Part shown: one piece after another, positions 1 through 11,416 of the stretch
Position numbering within the stretch: position 1 is the stretch's first letter
Layout: each line of letters begins with the position of its first letter
Origin: Psammoneis japonica
Lineage: Eukaryota
DNA length: 64,000 bases
Assembly: GCA_008632985.1 (NCBI GenBank)
Contig: QPGO01000013.1
Span: 744,001-808,000, forward strand
Reading direction: 5' to 3'
Translations under genes and position numbers: made by a program
The notes under the pieces: model-generated
The model's database searches: none
Told to the model about the DNA's origin: nothing
The model's input: the letters and a program-made list of their open reading frames with translations, nothing else

Positions 1-2012
1 AAGCCCGAAAATGCGCTCATTGTGATTATCGATTCCGATTTGGACAAAGAGGATGAAAACGGAGAGGGCGAATGGCAGTCGGAGAAATGGTACAAAGCTA
101 AATACCGAGAAAAGAAGATCCCTGAGGCCTTGGCGAACAAGTGGAGATCTCAACAAGTAGACAACAGGTTGCAACTGCCCGCGCTCAACGCGTACATTCC
201 CACCGATTTTTCCCTTCGCTGCGATGACGAAGAAGAGGCTGCAAAGGCAACGCAGCAAGCATCTGGAAACGGTGAACGGGTACCGCCCAACTTGTTAGAG
301 ACGCGTCCCGATCTTCGATTGTGGCATAAGCTCGACCGAACGTGGAAAGTTCCGAAAACGGCGATTCGTCTCAGCCTTGCTTCGCCGAACGTTTATCGAT
401 CACCACGAACCATTACGTTGAATCGGATATACCAACGAGTACTCAACGACGACCTCAACTCCTTTGTTTATGACGCTAGCGTGGCCGGTTGCAACTACGG
501 GTAAGTGATTCACCGTCATTCAGAATGACGCCACAAAAACTTCCATCTGACTGCTCACAAATTTCTAATTTTTCTTCCAAAACCCACCAGTGTGACTTGT
601 ACTCCAAATGGATACCGCGTGTCTGTGACAGGTTATTCGGAGAAGCTGCCTTTCCTTCTCGATACTCTCACTTCACGGATGCTAAGCCTTATCCAAGAAA
701 TGAAAGAAGGGCGTGTCGCTCATCCAGGCATCGCATCCAAATTCGACAAGGCTTGTGAAAATCTGCTGAGAGAGACACAGAACTACAGATTGGATTCGCC
801 TTACGAAGTGGCAAGCTACAATTCGCGCCTCCTAATGGAAGAGCGTGTGTGGTATCTTGACAATTACATGGCTGAAATGGAAGGCGAGTACGCCGAGCGA
901 GACCCTCTTACAATGGAGGAATGCGCTTGCGTTGCCGAAGAGAGTCTTCTAGGAAGAGTTCACGTAAGTGCGTCTCATTTCGTCTTTTGGTGCGTTCTGA
1001 TTCGCGAAAACTGAATGTTTCTTATTCTGATCTTTCATGAAAGGCCGATGTGCTATGCATCGGCAATATCAACGAAAAGGGCGCCCGAGAGGTTGCAGAA
1101 GTTGTGGATAGTCACTTCCTACGTCCCTCAAGGCCGCTCCTGGAAGTGGAAACGCCGTACTTTAGGTCTCTAATGCTTCCAACTAAAGCAGAAGCGGCGA
1201 GAATATTTGGACCAGATGTAGCCGACTCCACTATCCCCACAATACAGCAGGAGCTAGCATTCAACGGCTCTGAAGAAAATAACGCGGTAGAAGTCATCAT
1301 GCAAGTTGGAAGTGATTTAGATCTGGGCTACGAAGGAGTAGCAATTCTGGATCTTATTGCCCACATTGCATACAACTCTGCATTCAATCAGCTTCGCACA
1401 AAAGAACAGCTCGGCTACTTGGTTAGCGTTTTTGCACGAAAGACTGTTGGTTCGTCTTGGGGTTTGAGTGTAGTCGTTCAAAGCAGTGTTGCACTCCCGG
1501 ACAAGCTCGAGGAAAGGATAGAGGCATGGCTCGAAAGTTTTCGCAAGGAACTTGAGGAAACAAGCCCGGAAAGAATTGCCATGGAGGCGGGTGCAGTTGT
1601 TGCTCAGTTAATGGAGCGCGACACGAAACTGTCGCAGGAAATTTCACGAGTATGGGGCGCTATCTTGATGACTGGGTCGATGTCAGGAACCATGAGAGAT
1701 CCTTCATTTGATCGACTCGAACGCTTGTCTGCAGAGTTGACGGTGGACACCAACGGTGCAGGGAGTTCTGTAACCGCAGAGGCATTGAAACAGAAATTGC
1801 TTGATTTCTTTGACAAGCACCTTGCCGCAGATTCGGAGCACCGACGGGCCATGTCCGCCCGAGTTTACAACTCCAAAGCGAAGAAGGAGTTCGAAGCGAA
1901 CTCGGGAAAGCCAGGTGTTCTCTCCAACTACGACGAAATTAGAAATGTCAAGCAATTTTTCCCATCCTGGCCAACCGCACCTTATTGGCGTGGCGACCAG
2001 ATTCCAAGATGA
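1..2012 (+). CDS. Insulinase/peptidase M16 (insulin-degrading enzyme-like), 3' part; introns 501-590 and 964-1043
   Basis: IDE-like motifs (EKWYKAKY, LPALNAYIPTDF, LWHKLDRTWKVPK, FNQLRTKEQLGYLV). GTAAGT...AG introns join ORFs 22-504, 592-1014 and 1050-2012 in frame. The gene starts upstream of the window. Confidence 0.9.
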
Positions 2013-2269
2013 CTCCAATAGATAACATGTATAGAACAGGGACGCAGACGATCTCTACGGTGGCACACCCTAATAGATTGGTCCGAAGAGAGACACCGGC
2101 CATTTTTCTACAGGTCTAAAGTGTATCTGCAATGTATGCACGCGGCAGAGCGCCAGATATATTGAATATCTCGGTTTTAAGTAGGCTTTACTATCAGGAT
2201 GTGAATTCTGAACTGGTACAAAATGAGACATGCGCTTTGGGTATATAAGCGTGGTGTTCTATCATGCAA

Positions 2270-2429
2270 CCCTGTCGGCGCGTTGCTGCCTCTCCAGGAG
2301 CGCATATTATGTATGGCGTTTTGGTAAGCTCGTTCTTCAGGCGTCATTCCCTGTCGGCGCGTTGCTGCCTCTCAAGGAACGCATATTATGTATGGCGTTT
2401 TGGTATGCTCGTTCTTCAGGCGTCATTCG
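2270..2429. repeat. Tandem direct repeat, 2 x 79 bp
   Basis: cctgtcggcgcgttgctgcctctc...gttcttcaggcgtcattc starts at 2271 and again at 2350, with few mismatches. Confidence 0.9.
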
Positions 2430-3053
2430 AATTTTGCGTGCAGTACGTTCAGGACTGAGGTTGTACTCATCCTCTATATGAACCATAGGCATATCGATGC
2501 TTTGGGAGAAGTGCAACTCATCGCGAGTCACTTCAGCGTCAGAATCAAATAGACTCGGCCATTTCCTGATGAGATTTTGGTATGCTTTTTCTTCAGGAAG
2601 CATAGCGACACCGCACTTTCCTTTAGTAGCCGCCGATTTCTTTCTCTTCTGTTGATTCGCCTTCAGTGCACGGCTCTCTTTGCGTTTCATCTTGGAAGCC
2701 TTCTTGTTGACTGCGGGGCCACGGTTCTTTTTGACTTCCCCCTTCGTCGATGCGGTTGTCTTCCTTACAACAACGGGAACATTCGCCCCCTTCTTGATTC
2801 TCTTGTTCTTTTTGACAATGTTCCTTTTCTTCCGAGCGTTCTTCCCTTTTTGTTTCTTATCCGGGAGCGATCCTTTCTTCCGCAAACCGCCCCGTCCACC
2901 CGAGAAGTCGTTTGTCATGCTACTGCTGACCATGTTTGTGAACCCGTTCCCGCCGTGTCCGAAGCCGAGGGAGACATCGTTCGTTAGCATCGGATAGACG
3001 CAAATCGTATCGGGACAGCAAAGAGAGAAAGTGAGAGAACGGGTAGCCGACAA
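2337..3053 (-). CDS. Hypothetical Lys/Arg-rich protein
   Basis: 238-aa ORF with a basic low-complexity centre and a repeated (M)xPEE(K/R)AYQN motif; no recognised domain. Confidence 0.4.
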   Translation of the reverse strand: MSATRSLTFSLCCPDTICVYPMLTNDVSLGFGHGGNGFTNMVSSSMTNDFSGGRGGLRKKGSLPDKKQKGKNARKKRNIVKKNKRIKKGANVPVVVRKTTASTKGEVKKNRGPAVNKKASKMKRKESRALKANQQKRKKSAATKGKCGVAMLPEEKAYQNLIRKWPSLFDSDAEVTRDELHFSQSIDMPMVHIEDEYNLSPERTARKIRMTPEERAYQNAIHNMRSLRGSNAPTGNDA

Positions 3054-3688
3054 CTAGCTAGCTATCTCTACTAGCTAGTAGAGAGATAGAGCGATAGACA
3101 TGAAAGCAACCCAAATCACATCGTTGAAACGTGTGAGGGAACAACGACATCAAACAGCCCGCACCCCGCGCGCACCCCGCCTCCTACATGTTCTTCGAAG
3201 CTCCATGATAGCTACGTAGCCCCAATACTGAATCTACGCGGAAGTATTCAGTCGTGTGTGCGTGTCATAAAGCAACTCAACGGATTTGGGTCGTGGATTG
3301 AGTTCGGATACCGATGAGAGTTGCGAACCGCTCCATGACAACAGGTCTCGACTGCTTTATGCGACCTCTCTACAGTAGTGTGGTCCCTTTTCTAAAACGA
3401 AACGAGGATCAGTCGATGCGACCACCTCTCCAGGGTGAGAGTTGCGGAAAAATTGAATTTCTCTGTGTGCTCCAGACCCATTTTTTACCTAACGAGAGAA
3501 GCACAGAGTGATTCAGCGAAGAAAGAAAAAGGGAAAAGTGGCTCGTTAAAGGACGCGTTACGTCCTCTACCACGAGAAATTGCGTTGAATCACTGCTAAC
3601 TGTGCATTGCAACAGTTTAAAATCCCGTCCGAGCAACTTCTTAGTCTCCTTTAAGCGCCCGTAAAACGCCAACGCAGGCCCAAACATG

Positions 3689-4627
3689 TCAAGAAGCTGG
3701 CGCTCCTACCTCTTTACATGCATCTTTGTGACCGGCTTTCCAATGGATACGCTGACAATCCTTTCCACAATAAAGAACCTCTTTGCAGCGAATGCAACGA
3801 AGAAGTGGGCTTCCTGGCTATGGCTCACCAAGGCAATGCGCGCAGTACTGTTTGCCGTTTTCATTCTTCCAATTCTGCAGAATTCGCAAAGCCAACTTGT
3901 CAGGACGTTGTTCGGTGTTATGTGTCATACGCGATGAGCTACGATCACGCTCGATCTGATCATCAATCTCTCGCTTCGACAGCAACCAGCTATGCACAAT
4001 ACGCCCAATGTTTGTGGAAAAGAACTCGGAGAAGCGGTCAAATGACGAGAAAACGCGAGGTTTCGTATCACCAATGAACTGACCTAGTGTGATGTCGATC
4101 ACCGTATCTGTTTCCCGACCAAGAAGCAAACTGTGACTGGAGACTGAGCCCGCCGCCATCTCAACAATTTCTTCCCTACGAAACAATCCGTGATCAAGAA
4201 TGATTGCGTGCTGCTTCAACGCCACGAAACGAATCTCTAGAGGATCGAATTCAGTGAGATCCACTTGCTTGTCGAGAGTCTCTGACCAAAGCTGGGAGGT
4301 AATCTTCTTCTTCTTCACTGTGGGAATGAGATAACGCGGCCACAGGGTAACGACAGTCGAACAGCTGTAGCGAGTGCGAGACCTGGCGTACCACGGAAAA
4401 GCTTCTTTTGCAGTCATTCCAACCTTCTCTGCGTGCTTGTAAAAGCTATCAAAGTTGAGAGGTGCTCCATCGGAAGTTGTCTCTGGTTTCAATGAAATGG
4501 CTGCGACAGCCCGGTCGTCTACCGTAATTTCACGGACGCCTCCAATCACGCGGCCGGATGGAACCGACGTTGTATGCATGTAATCACAAAGAATCTGCTC
4601 CAGGAAGGCTTCCAAAGACGATGCCAT
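3689..4627 (-). pseudogene. Protein with C-terminal MYND zinc finger interrupted by an in-frame TAG (3818-3820)
   Basis: Reading through the stop gives CAHCLGEP*PGSPLLRCIRCKEVLYCGKDCQRIHWKAGHKDAC, a complete MYND pattern, ending at TGA 3689-3691. Confidence 0.75.
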
Positions 4628-4947
4628 CCTTGATTTGAAAGAAACGTGCCTTTGGCTGTGTCCGTGTTTCGGGTTCCTGTATCATACTAATGCTTGTCTC
4701 CTTCTCGAGCAGAAGAAAATCCGTGTTGAAACTGGTAGATATTACTTTTTTCAAGTTTTCGTGTATCCAACCTGCCATTTGGCTGCATGTGAGTACACTT
4801 TACTCTAGTAGATACTAGATAGAGAGGTCTCAATAGCTCGCAGTTTCCGAACGACTGGACTATCTCTCGTCGAGCGTTAGCAACCAGAATAAATTAGCGT
4901 CACGTCTATTCTCTTTCTGTGGGTATTAACCTCAAACTAATGCAGCG

Positions 4948-5979
4948 TTAAGATTGAGATGAGGCAAGAAGAACTCCTCCCAATAGTAAGACCGCGCCAC
5001 TCATCCAGAACACGGCTATTGTGACACCCAGTTTGATTTCCTTGAAGACATAGATACCAATCAGTCCGCTTACGAGTATTGCGCACTGGTAGATTGGATA
5101 AGCTACGCCATAACCAACAGCGGGAATTGCAACAATGGATAAAAGATTCCCGGTATTCCATAGCAAGCCCGAACACAAGCCGGTTGGCAATGCCTCTCTG
5201 ACGTGAAACTCAGGCATGTCGCCACGACAAAGCGTATGAATATAAAACACAATCGGGGACAGCAGCATGGCGCCAATGCCAAATGAAGGCAGAAATACCA
5301 AGCCCTCTTGTGAAGGAGGGACGAAATGGAGAGGAGCCAAGTTCGAGCCGCCCGTGAATCCTACGGCACACGCCAACAACACACCACGGGTATATCGGTG
5401 TGATGAACTTGAATTTGAATCCCCGAATAATGCTGAAGAGCTATCGTCCTCTGAACTCGTCAGTGGAACATACTCATCACCGCTACTGTTTCTCAACGGT
5501 ATCATTCTTCCAATCTTGTCGCAAAAGACAATCCCAAGCACCCCGACAACCAGCAACACCAACCCAAACACGGACAAAACCGGGTGCGCTGGAACTTCAC
5601 CGAAAATCACTCTACCCCACAAATAAGCAACAATCATGGCTCCTCCACCCCAAATACCCTGGGCAAGGGCAACGCCAATGCAGTCAATAGCGCTAAAGCT
5701 CGCCGCAAGCGAAAGTACCAATAAAAAGCCGCTGACCATTCCAAGCGGGCTAAAGCGAAACTCTGTCCCGGCGGAGGCAGAGTGAACAATTTCAGCATTT
5801 TTCGATAAAAAGGGCAAGACCAACCACGAGGAAAGAAAGACGCCCATGGATACATAAAGCTGGAATACCATGGGGTCGAGGGATAAGGCTGCTATTTTCC
5901 TAGTCTTGAAGAGAGATGCGAAACTACCGTTGAATATCGCACTTCCAACGGCGAAAACAGTTCCAAGAGCAGCCGACAT
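4948..5979 (-). CDS. TMEM144-like DMT-superfamily (sugar) transporter
   Basis: About 10 hydrophobic segments; motifs AIFNGSF, DPMVFQLY, IGVALAQGIW, SGLLWNTGN, VGYGVAYPIYQ, GIYVFKEI. Likely ATG at 5979; intronless. Confidence 0.8.
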   Translation of the reverse strand: MSAALGTVFAVGSAIFNGSFASLFKTRKIAALSLDPMVFQLYVSMGVFLSSWLVLPFLSKNAEIVHSASAGTEFRFSPLGMVSGFLLVLSLAASFSAIDCIGVALAQGIWGGGAMIVAYLWGRVIFGEVPAHPVLSVFGLVLLVVGVLGIVFCDKIGRMIPLRNSSGDEYVPLTSSEDDSSSALFGDSNSSSSHRYTRGVLLACAVGFTGGSNLAPLHFVPPSQEGLVFLPSFGIGAMLLSPIVFYIHTLCRGDMPEFHVREALPTGLCSGLLWNTGNLLSIVAIPAVGYGVAYPIYQCAILVSGLIGIYVFKEIKLGVTIAVFWMSGAVLLLGGVLLASSQS

Positions 5980-6298
5980 AATTATTAGAACCTTGACAAG
6001 AAAGACAAAACTTGATGCAACGACCTTTTCAGTTCGTCGTTTCAAAGTAGAAGTAGCCCAACAAGGCGATCACTTCCCGGATGATATGATGTCCCTTCCC
6101 CTTCAGCAGATAGTTGCGCGTTGATGAGTTGATGAGCATGCAAGACGCGCTCAGAAGGATGTTTTTATTTTGAAAAATTGGCTTCGGCTGGCGCGATTAT
6201 TGTAGAAAAGATGCCAGTGGCTACCGGTACACAAAATTGGGACAGTGAACAGCAAATCTGCACACAACACACCAAAACCGCACTCTCTACTTTCTAGT

Positions 6299-6300
<2 letters not shown>

Positions 6301-6335
<35 letters not shown>
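6301..6335. repeat. (AG)n microsatellite, about 17 units
   Basis: Perfect AG run in the divergent intergenic region upstream of the ceramide synthase. Confidence 0.95.
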
Positions 6336-6337
<2 letters not shown>

Positions 6338-6401
6338 CATTGTTACAACTTAAGCCACTCCTTACGAGTGTTGAGTATGATACACTAGGTCCCTAGGCAA
6401 G

Positions 6402-7403
6402 ATGAACAAATTCACTTTAGCGGTGAGGTCTTACCAAGGTCTTTCTCAAGCTTTTCTTAACAAATTACGTGGCCACGATCCAGCGTTATCGTTGTTGGAG
6501 AGTAATGATTGTTTCTTGGACGGTGAAACAACCCGATTCTATCTGAACTGGACAGATGTAGATGCGGGAGAGTGCGCTGGGACGGACTGGATTGCAATTT
6601 TTATTTTATTTCTAATGGTTCATACAGTCAGTTGGTGGAGCCGATGGCTCGTTTGGGAGCCTGTCGCAAACTGGTTGTCGCGAGAGAATCGCAATTGGGA
6701 CCATGACACATGCAAGAAACTCTCCATGAACATGACAGCTGCTATGTTCTTTACAGTGTCGGGAATATTCGCGCAAAATATCATCTTTGGGAAACCGTGG
6801 CATCAAGACCCATCTCAGTGGAGTCATCCTGTTATCGCCGTCGAACCTGATTTCAAGTTTTACTATTTGCTCTATGCGGCCAGGTTCTTTTCAGATGCAA
6901 TTTCCCTTCCATTTGAGGATAGACCGAGACAGGCGTTCATTGCGAGCTGTATTCATCACTTTGTAACTCTTTCACTGGTGTTTTTGTCAGCTCATTTCGG
7001 CTACAATCGCATAGGTGGCGTCATTATGTCTTTTTTTGACTGGGCAGACCCCCCGCTACTTATCGGCAAGGCGTGCAAATACCTGAGTACCGGCAATGAT
7101 GCCTATCAGCTTGCCGCCAATCGACTCTTTGAAGTGTTCGCCCTTGTCTTCTTCTTGACTCGGATCATTCTTTACAACTATGTTTGCTTCATTGTATGGC
7201 GGGATTTCCAACCCATGTCATCGCCGGTGGGCATTATTTGCTTTGCGTTTCTTGTTGCGCTGGCAGCCTTGCAGACCTACTGGATGGGGTTGATTGTTCA
7301 AGCTGCAATCAGAATGAACGAAAGTGGTGGTAACGTGGAAGATGTCCGAGAAAAAAGAAATCATCGTAGCTGCTGCTTTCGGAGGTTTGACTTAGGAAGG
7401 TAA
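6402..7403 (+). CDS. Ceramide synthase (Lag1/TLC domain)
   Basis: Lag1p motif equivalent HHFVTLSLVFLSAHFGYNRIGGVIMSFFDWADPPLLIGK, plus FKFYYL, FFLTRI and C-terminal YWMGLI...EDVR; multi-pass membrane; intronless. Confidence 0.9.
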   Translation: MNKFTLAVRSYQGLSQAFLNKLRGHDPALSLLESNDCFLDGETTRFYLNWTDVDAGECAGTDWIAIFILFLMVHTVSWWSRWLVWEPVANWLSRENRNWDHDTCKKLSMNMTAAMFFTVSGIFAQNIIFGKPWHQDPSQWSHPVIAVEPDFKFYYLLYAARFFSDAISLPFEDRPRQAFIASCIHHFVTLSLVFLSAHFGYNRIGGVIMSFFDWADPPLLIGKACKYLSTGNDAYQLAANRLFEVFALVFFLTRIILYNYVCFIVWRDFQPMSSPVGIICFAFLVALAALQTYWMGLIVQAAIRMNESGGNVEDVREKRNHRSCCFRRFDLGR

Positions 7404-7542
7404 CAATAATAGAATCTTTTACTAGAGTATAATTCTTGTTGTGATATTTGATGTGACGTACGTGGCGACCGAGCTTTAGACCAGCTATTATGTCCTCGTC
7501 ACACCTCCAAGGAGAAGGTAACTGACGGTGGACTAAGACCTA

Positions 7543-9191
7543 TTACTTCTTTATCATACCACCGTATTCTAACTCACACCACTTGGTCAACACTTGGCCT
7601 ACATAAACGACTTGCGTTGGGGTCATTTCAAGGAGATTCGGCAAATATATGAGACTCTCGTTGATATCCGCTCCGACACACTTCGAGTTGGTATAATCCC
7701 ACGTGGTGTTGATCAAGGCTATCACAAAGTTGTCATTCAAGAATTCGACTAGCTTCTCCCTGCCCCCAACTTCACTAGCAAGCCACGTCAATTCAGAGAT
7801 GCCAAGGTTTTCCTTGTGCTGATGCTGGACTTGTTTTGTCAACCAGGGAAACAACTTTGAGTGAAACTTTTTGGGAGTATGACGGAGCAACAGATCTCGG
7901 TTGGCTTGCTCCTTTATGGCGATGATTGCATACTCGTCTGCTTTGCTCAGTCCATACCTCATTGAGAGTAGGTGAGGTACGGATGGCCGATGACAGAACT
8001 TCTCAACAGCGTGTTCGAATGGGGTAATTGATTTGGTTTTTCGGCTGTGACAATAAAGAGAAGCACTATGGTTAGAAACCACCAGAACACGAGCCCCCTC
8101 AATAAAGCAACAAGTCTCAAAGCTAATGGTAAAGTGTAACACAGTACTTACACTTTCAGGGAGATTGCATAAAACTTGATGTGGCCACCAGCCTGTCCCA
8201 ACAAAAAGTAAGCGGCAAGGGAAACAATATACACCATAAAGAAAGTATTGTGAGAGATCATCAGATGCACCGTCTGCTTCAAGACACTCATGAGTCGGTT
8301 GCCATAGGTGTCAAGGGTGAACCCTTCGTGACGAGCAAGACATTTTTCATAGAGCCTTTGTCCATGCTTTGTAGCACGAAAGGCACCAAAGCCCGCTCCA
8401 ATGCACGAAGGCGTCTTGTCAATGCCACCACTCCACACACAGATATCAGCTAAGGCGTGCCCCTTGTATTGGCCAAAGAGAGATCCGCATTGAACATTAT
8501 CTTCGAAAATTGGAATATCAAAGCGTTTCCCCAACTCAAAGATAGAGTCTTGCTCCAGAGGAACCCCGAATATGTGCATACCCAAAATGAGATCACACTT
8601 CTTGACTAGCTCTGGATCGATATTCTCTAGATCTAAAGTCAAGTCACTCGGCTTAAAATCAATTTCATAGTAATCGATTTCTCCGATACCCGAGTTCTGA
8701 ATGTTTTTCAATAGAGTGTGAAAGGATCCAAAGTGAACCGATGGCAGGCAAATGCGGATCTTTCGCCGACCCGTCCGTTCCTCTGCTTCGTCCAAGAGCG
8801 TCTGGATGACACACAAAAACAGGACACGACACGAATGCGTAATCAACACGTTCGTGTCAGGAGCCGGCTTTAAGATGCTACGAAAGGACTGCTCCACGAC
8901 ATTGACGAGCTTGTCGCGATCCTTGACAAAACAGCCCTGAAGAAAGCACCTGCAGTGATGGATCAAGAGCTCGCTGAACTTGGTGGAAACGCCACAAGCT
9001 GTCACAGGGACGACTCGTACAAGAGAGACCAAACAACGCCAATGAGCTTTAAGAAAGAGGATGCAGCAGGTGCCGAACCCCACCAATGCGCAAGAAATGT
9101 TGAGCGGAAAAGGGTCCAACAGAAAAGCATCCGTCATTTTGCTGCTTGTGTGAATTGCAAGTGCCCTTGATCGTATGGTTGTTCCCTTCAA
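7543..9191 (-). CDS. DegT/DnrJ/EryC1/StrS-like PLP-dependent enzyme with N-terminal hydrophobic segment; intron 8045-8151
   Basis: HIFGVP, PIFEDNVQCG and VWSGGIDKTPSCIGAG resemble fold-type I sugar-aminotransferase PLP motifs (Asp and catalytic Lys present). A GTAAGT...CACAG intron joins ORFs 8148-9191 and 7543-8142 in frame. Confidence 0.7.
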
Positions 9192-9555
9192 CAGACATGT
9201 CAGTATTTCTAGGGAAGAGACAATGCGACTAGCTCGGAACGAGATAGATCTCTCATTTCACTTGAAGTTTGCTGCACGGAGCACCAGCAACGGAACGCAT
9301 CATGGGAAAATTGTGGCGCAATTTTCTGCTTTGGGTATCTATTTTATTCATTCGTTTATACTATTCATTGTTAGATTTGCGCGGGAACATCTTCTGAAAA
9401 AAAGAATACTCAGTATATCGGTACTTGAATATACAGTATGAATAGAACGGAAAACTGAATCAATGGGCACTCACATGCTGTAATACAGTGTCGTAGAGGA
9501 GTCATGTTGCTTCAATGGAATGTAGCACAGGTAAAACGGAGAACGGAGGGCCAGC

Positions 9556-11081
9556 ATGGAGCATTCCAATAATAACAACAATAGCACATTCTCAATTCAA
9601 GATGTGGAGTCTCACTGTAGAGCAAATGACTTTTGGACCGTAATTGACAATGTTGTCTATGACTTGTCGGGATATCGCGACGATCATCCTGGAGGGGTCC
9701 TGATTATGAATGCCGCCGGTGCCGACGCGACGGTTTTGTTTCACCAGTATCACATGTGGGATCCAGAAAAGGCCCAGAAGGTGCTGCGAAAGTTCCGCAT
9801 TGGAGTCTTGAAAAAGGAGGACGATTCCTCTTTTGTTAGTCCCAGTATGGGAGAATTTTGGCACGTGTCGTCTCAGCGGGTCGTTGCTCATTTGAAAAAG
9901 GAGAAAATGGAGCGTCGTCCCTTCTACGCCAAATTGTTGTGGTTTGTTGATTTGGGAACTCTATTTCTCATGTACTGTACGGCACTTACCTTCTTGATCC
10001 TGAAAAGAGACGAACAGCACCACTCTGGCTCATGACGGTTTTTCACCTACTCATTATAAGCATGACCACGCTGAGAGTGACGGGTCAAATGCACGCCAAT
10101 GGGCATAGTCAGTTGTGGCAACCCAAGAGCTCAGCCTGTTGGTTCGCAGAGGTGTTTGGCCTATTCATGGGATTGCCGGGAATGTATGGCTTCTCGTTGC
10201 CTCATCACGATGAAAATGGCCGCCGGCTTCTCAATGAACCCCGGACTATTTCGCAGTACGAACTTCCCGCTGGACGCGGCTTTTCCGAACACACCGCCGT
10301 CCATCACGTTAAGGGAGTTCAGTTGGAAGAAGATCAGTGCCACCTTCAAGCTGCTGCCTTTGGTGTACAGCGCTTGTGCGGGACGGCCCGATACATGTCC
10401 GTGATTCATCGCTTTCAAGCTACCTTTGTTTTTCAGACCGCCCTGAATGTACTTGGAGAATTGGTGGATTGCACCCGTGTGTCTCTCATTCCTCCCCGAC
10501 TTGTTTATGTGGCCAAACACTTGGTCCCGAATGGGGAATATGTACGAAGTTTAGCCATTGTAATTGGATCTTGTGCGGCTCCCTTATCGTCGTGGTGCTA
10601 CCTGGCACTTCCTTGTAGCGGCACGTATGGCTTTGGCTTCTTTATCATGCTGGCTTTGTTGCGTAACTACTTTGGCATGTTCTCATTGCAGGTCTTTTGG
10701 GCGCAACACGTATGGGATTATCCGGTAGTGTCAGAAGCTGAAGTTCATCGAGATTGGGGCCGTTACAATGCCGAATCTAGCTACAGCTGGCAACCGAGCC
10801 GTGCTGATCAATGGCGACACCCATTTTTGTGGGGCAGCCTCAATGGTTCCAGTCCCGCGACGCTGACCTATCACTTGGAACATACCCTATTTCCGGGCTT
10901 GAATTACCACCTCCTGCCGCACATTGCTCCGATTGTGCGTCAAACTTGTCGCGAATTTGGTTGCAAATACCACGCCTTTTCTTCAACGCAAGAGCTGCTG
11001 CAATGTCGTCAACAAAAGTTAAGGCTGTATGCCCATGGTCAACCCAACATTATTCTTGACAATACCAAGAAACGCACATGA
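9556..11081 (+). CDS. Cytochrome b5-fused membrane desaturase (front-end/sphingolipid-type), split by a frameshift near 10000-10035
   Basis: HPGG heme motif in ORF 9556-10035; His boxes HANGH, HTAVHH and HLEHTLFP in the overlapping ORF 10032-11081; no intron signals at the junction. Confidence 0.8.
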
Positions 11082-11416
11082 GGAAACGATCATCACTCTA
11101 CAATTGGTCGTGTAAAGATCCACACAAGATACCTTTCTACGGCAACGCATGTGGTAGTTAAAATAATACTTCTATGCTCTGTTTGCTGCTATGACCCAAG
11201 CCAGGCTGCTAAAAGTAGATTTACAACAGTTTACTCTTTCTTATTTTGTGTATAAATATGTACATAAAAAATGGTGTTTGCCCGGATACGAAGACACAGA
11301 GAACAGAGACAACGGATCTCTGGCCACCGTTGGCAGAAACTATGATGAGACCCGGGCCACAATTTAACCGACAACCACTGTGCATGTGACTTTGTCGCTG
11401 CTGCAATACCCACTGT

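Noticed and set aside
2270..2429. CRISPR-like repeat
   Set aside because: Only two abutting units, no spacers, eukaryotic context, no cas genes.
10032..10035. Bacterial-style translational coupling (ATGA overlap) implying a prokaryotic operon
   Set aside because: Neighbouring genes have spliceosomal introns and alternate strands; a frameshift in a b5-desaturase fusion is simpler.
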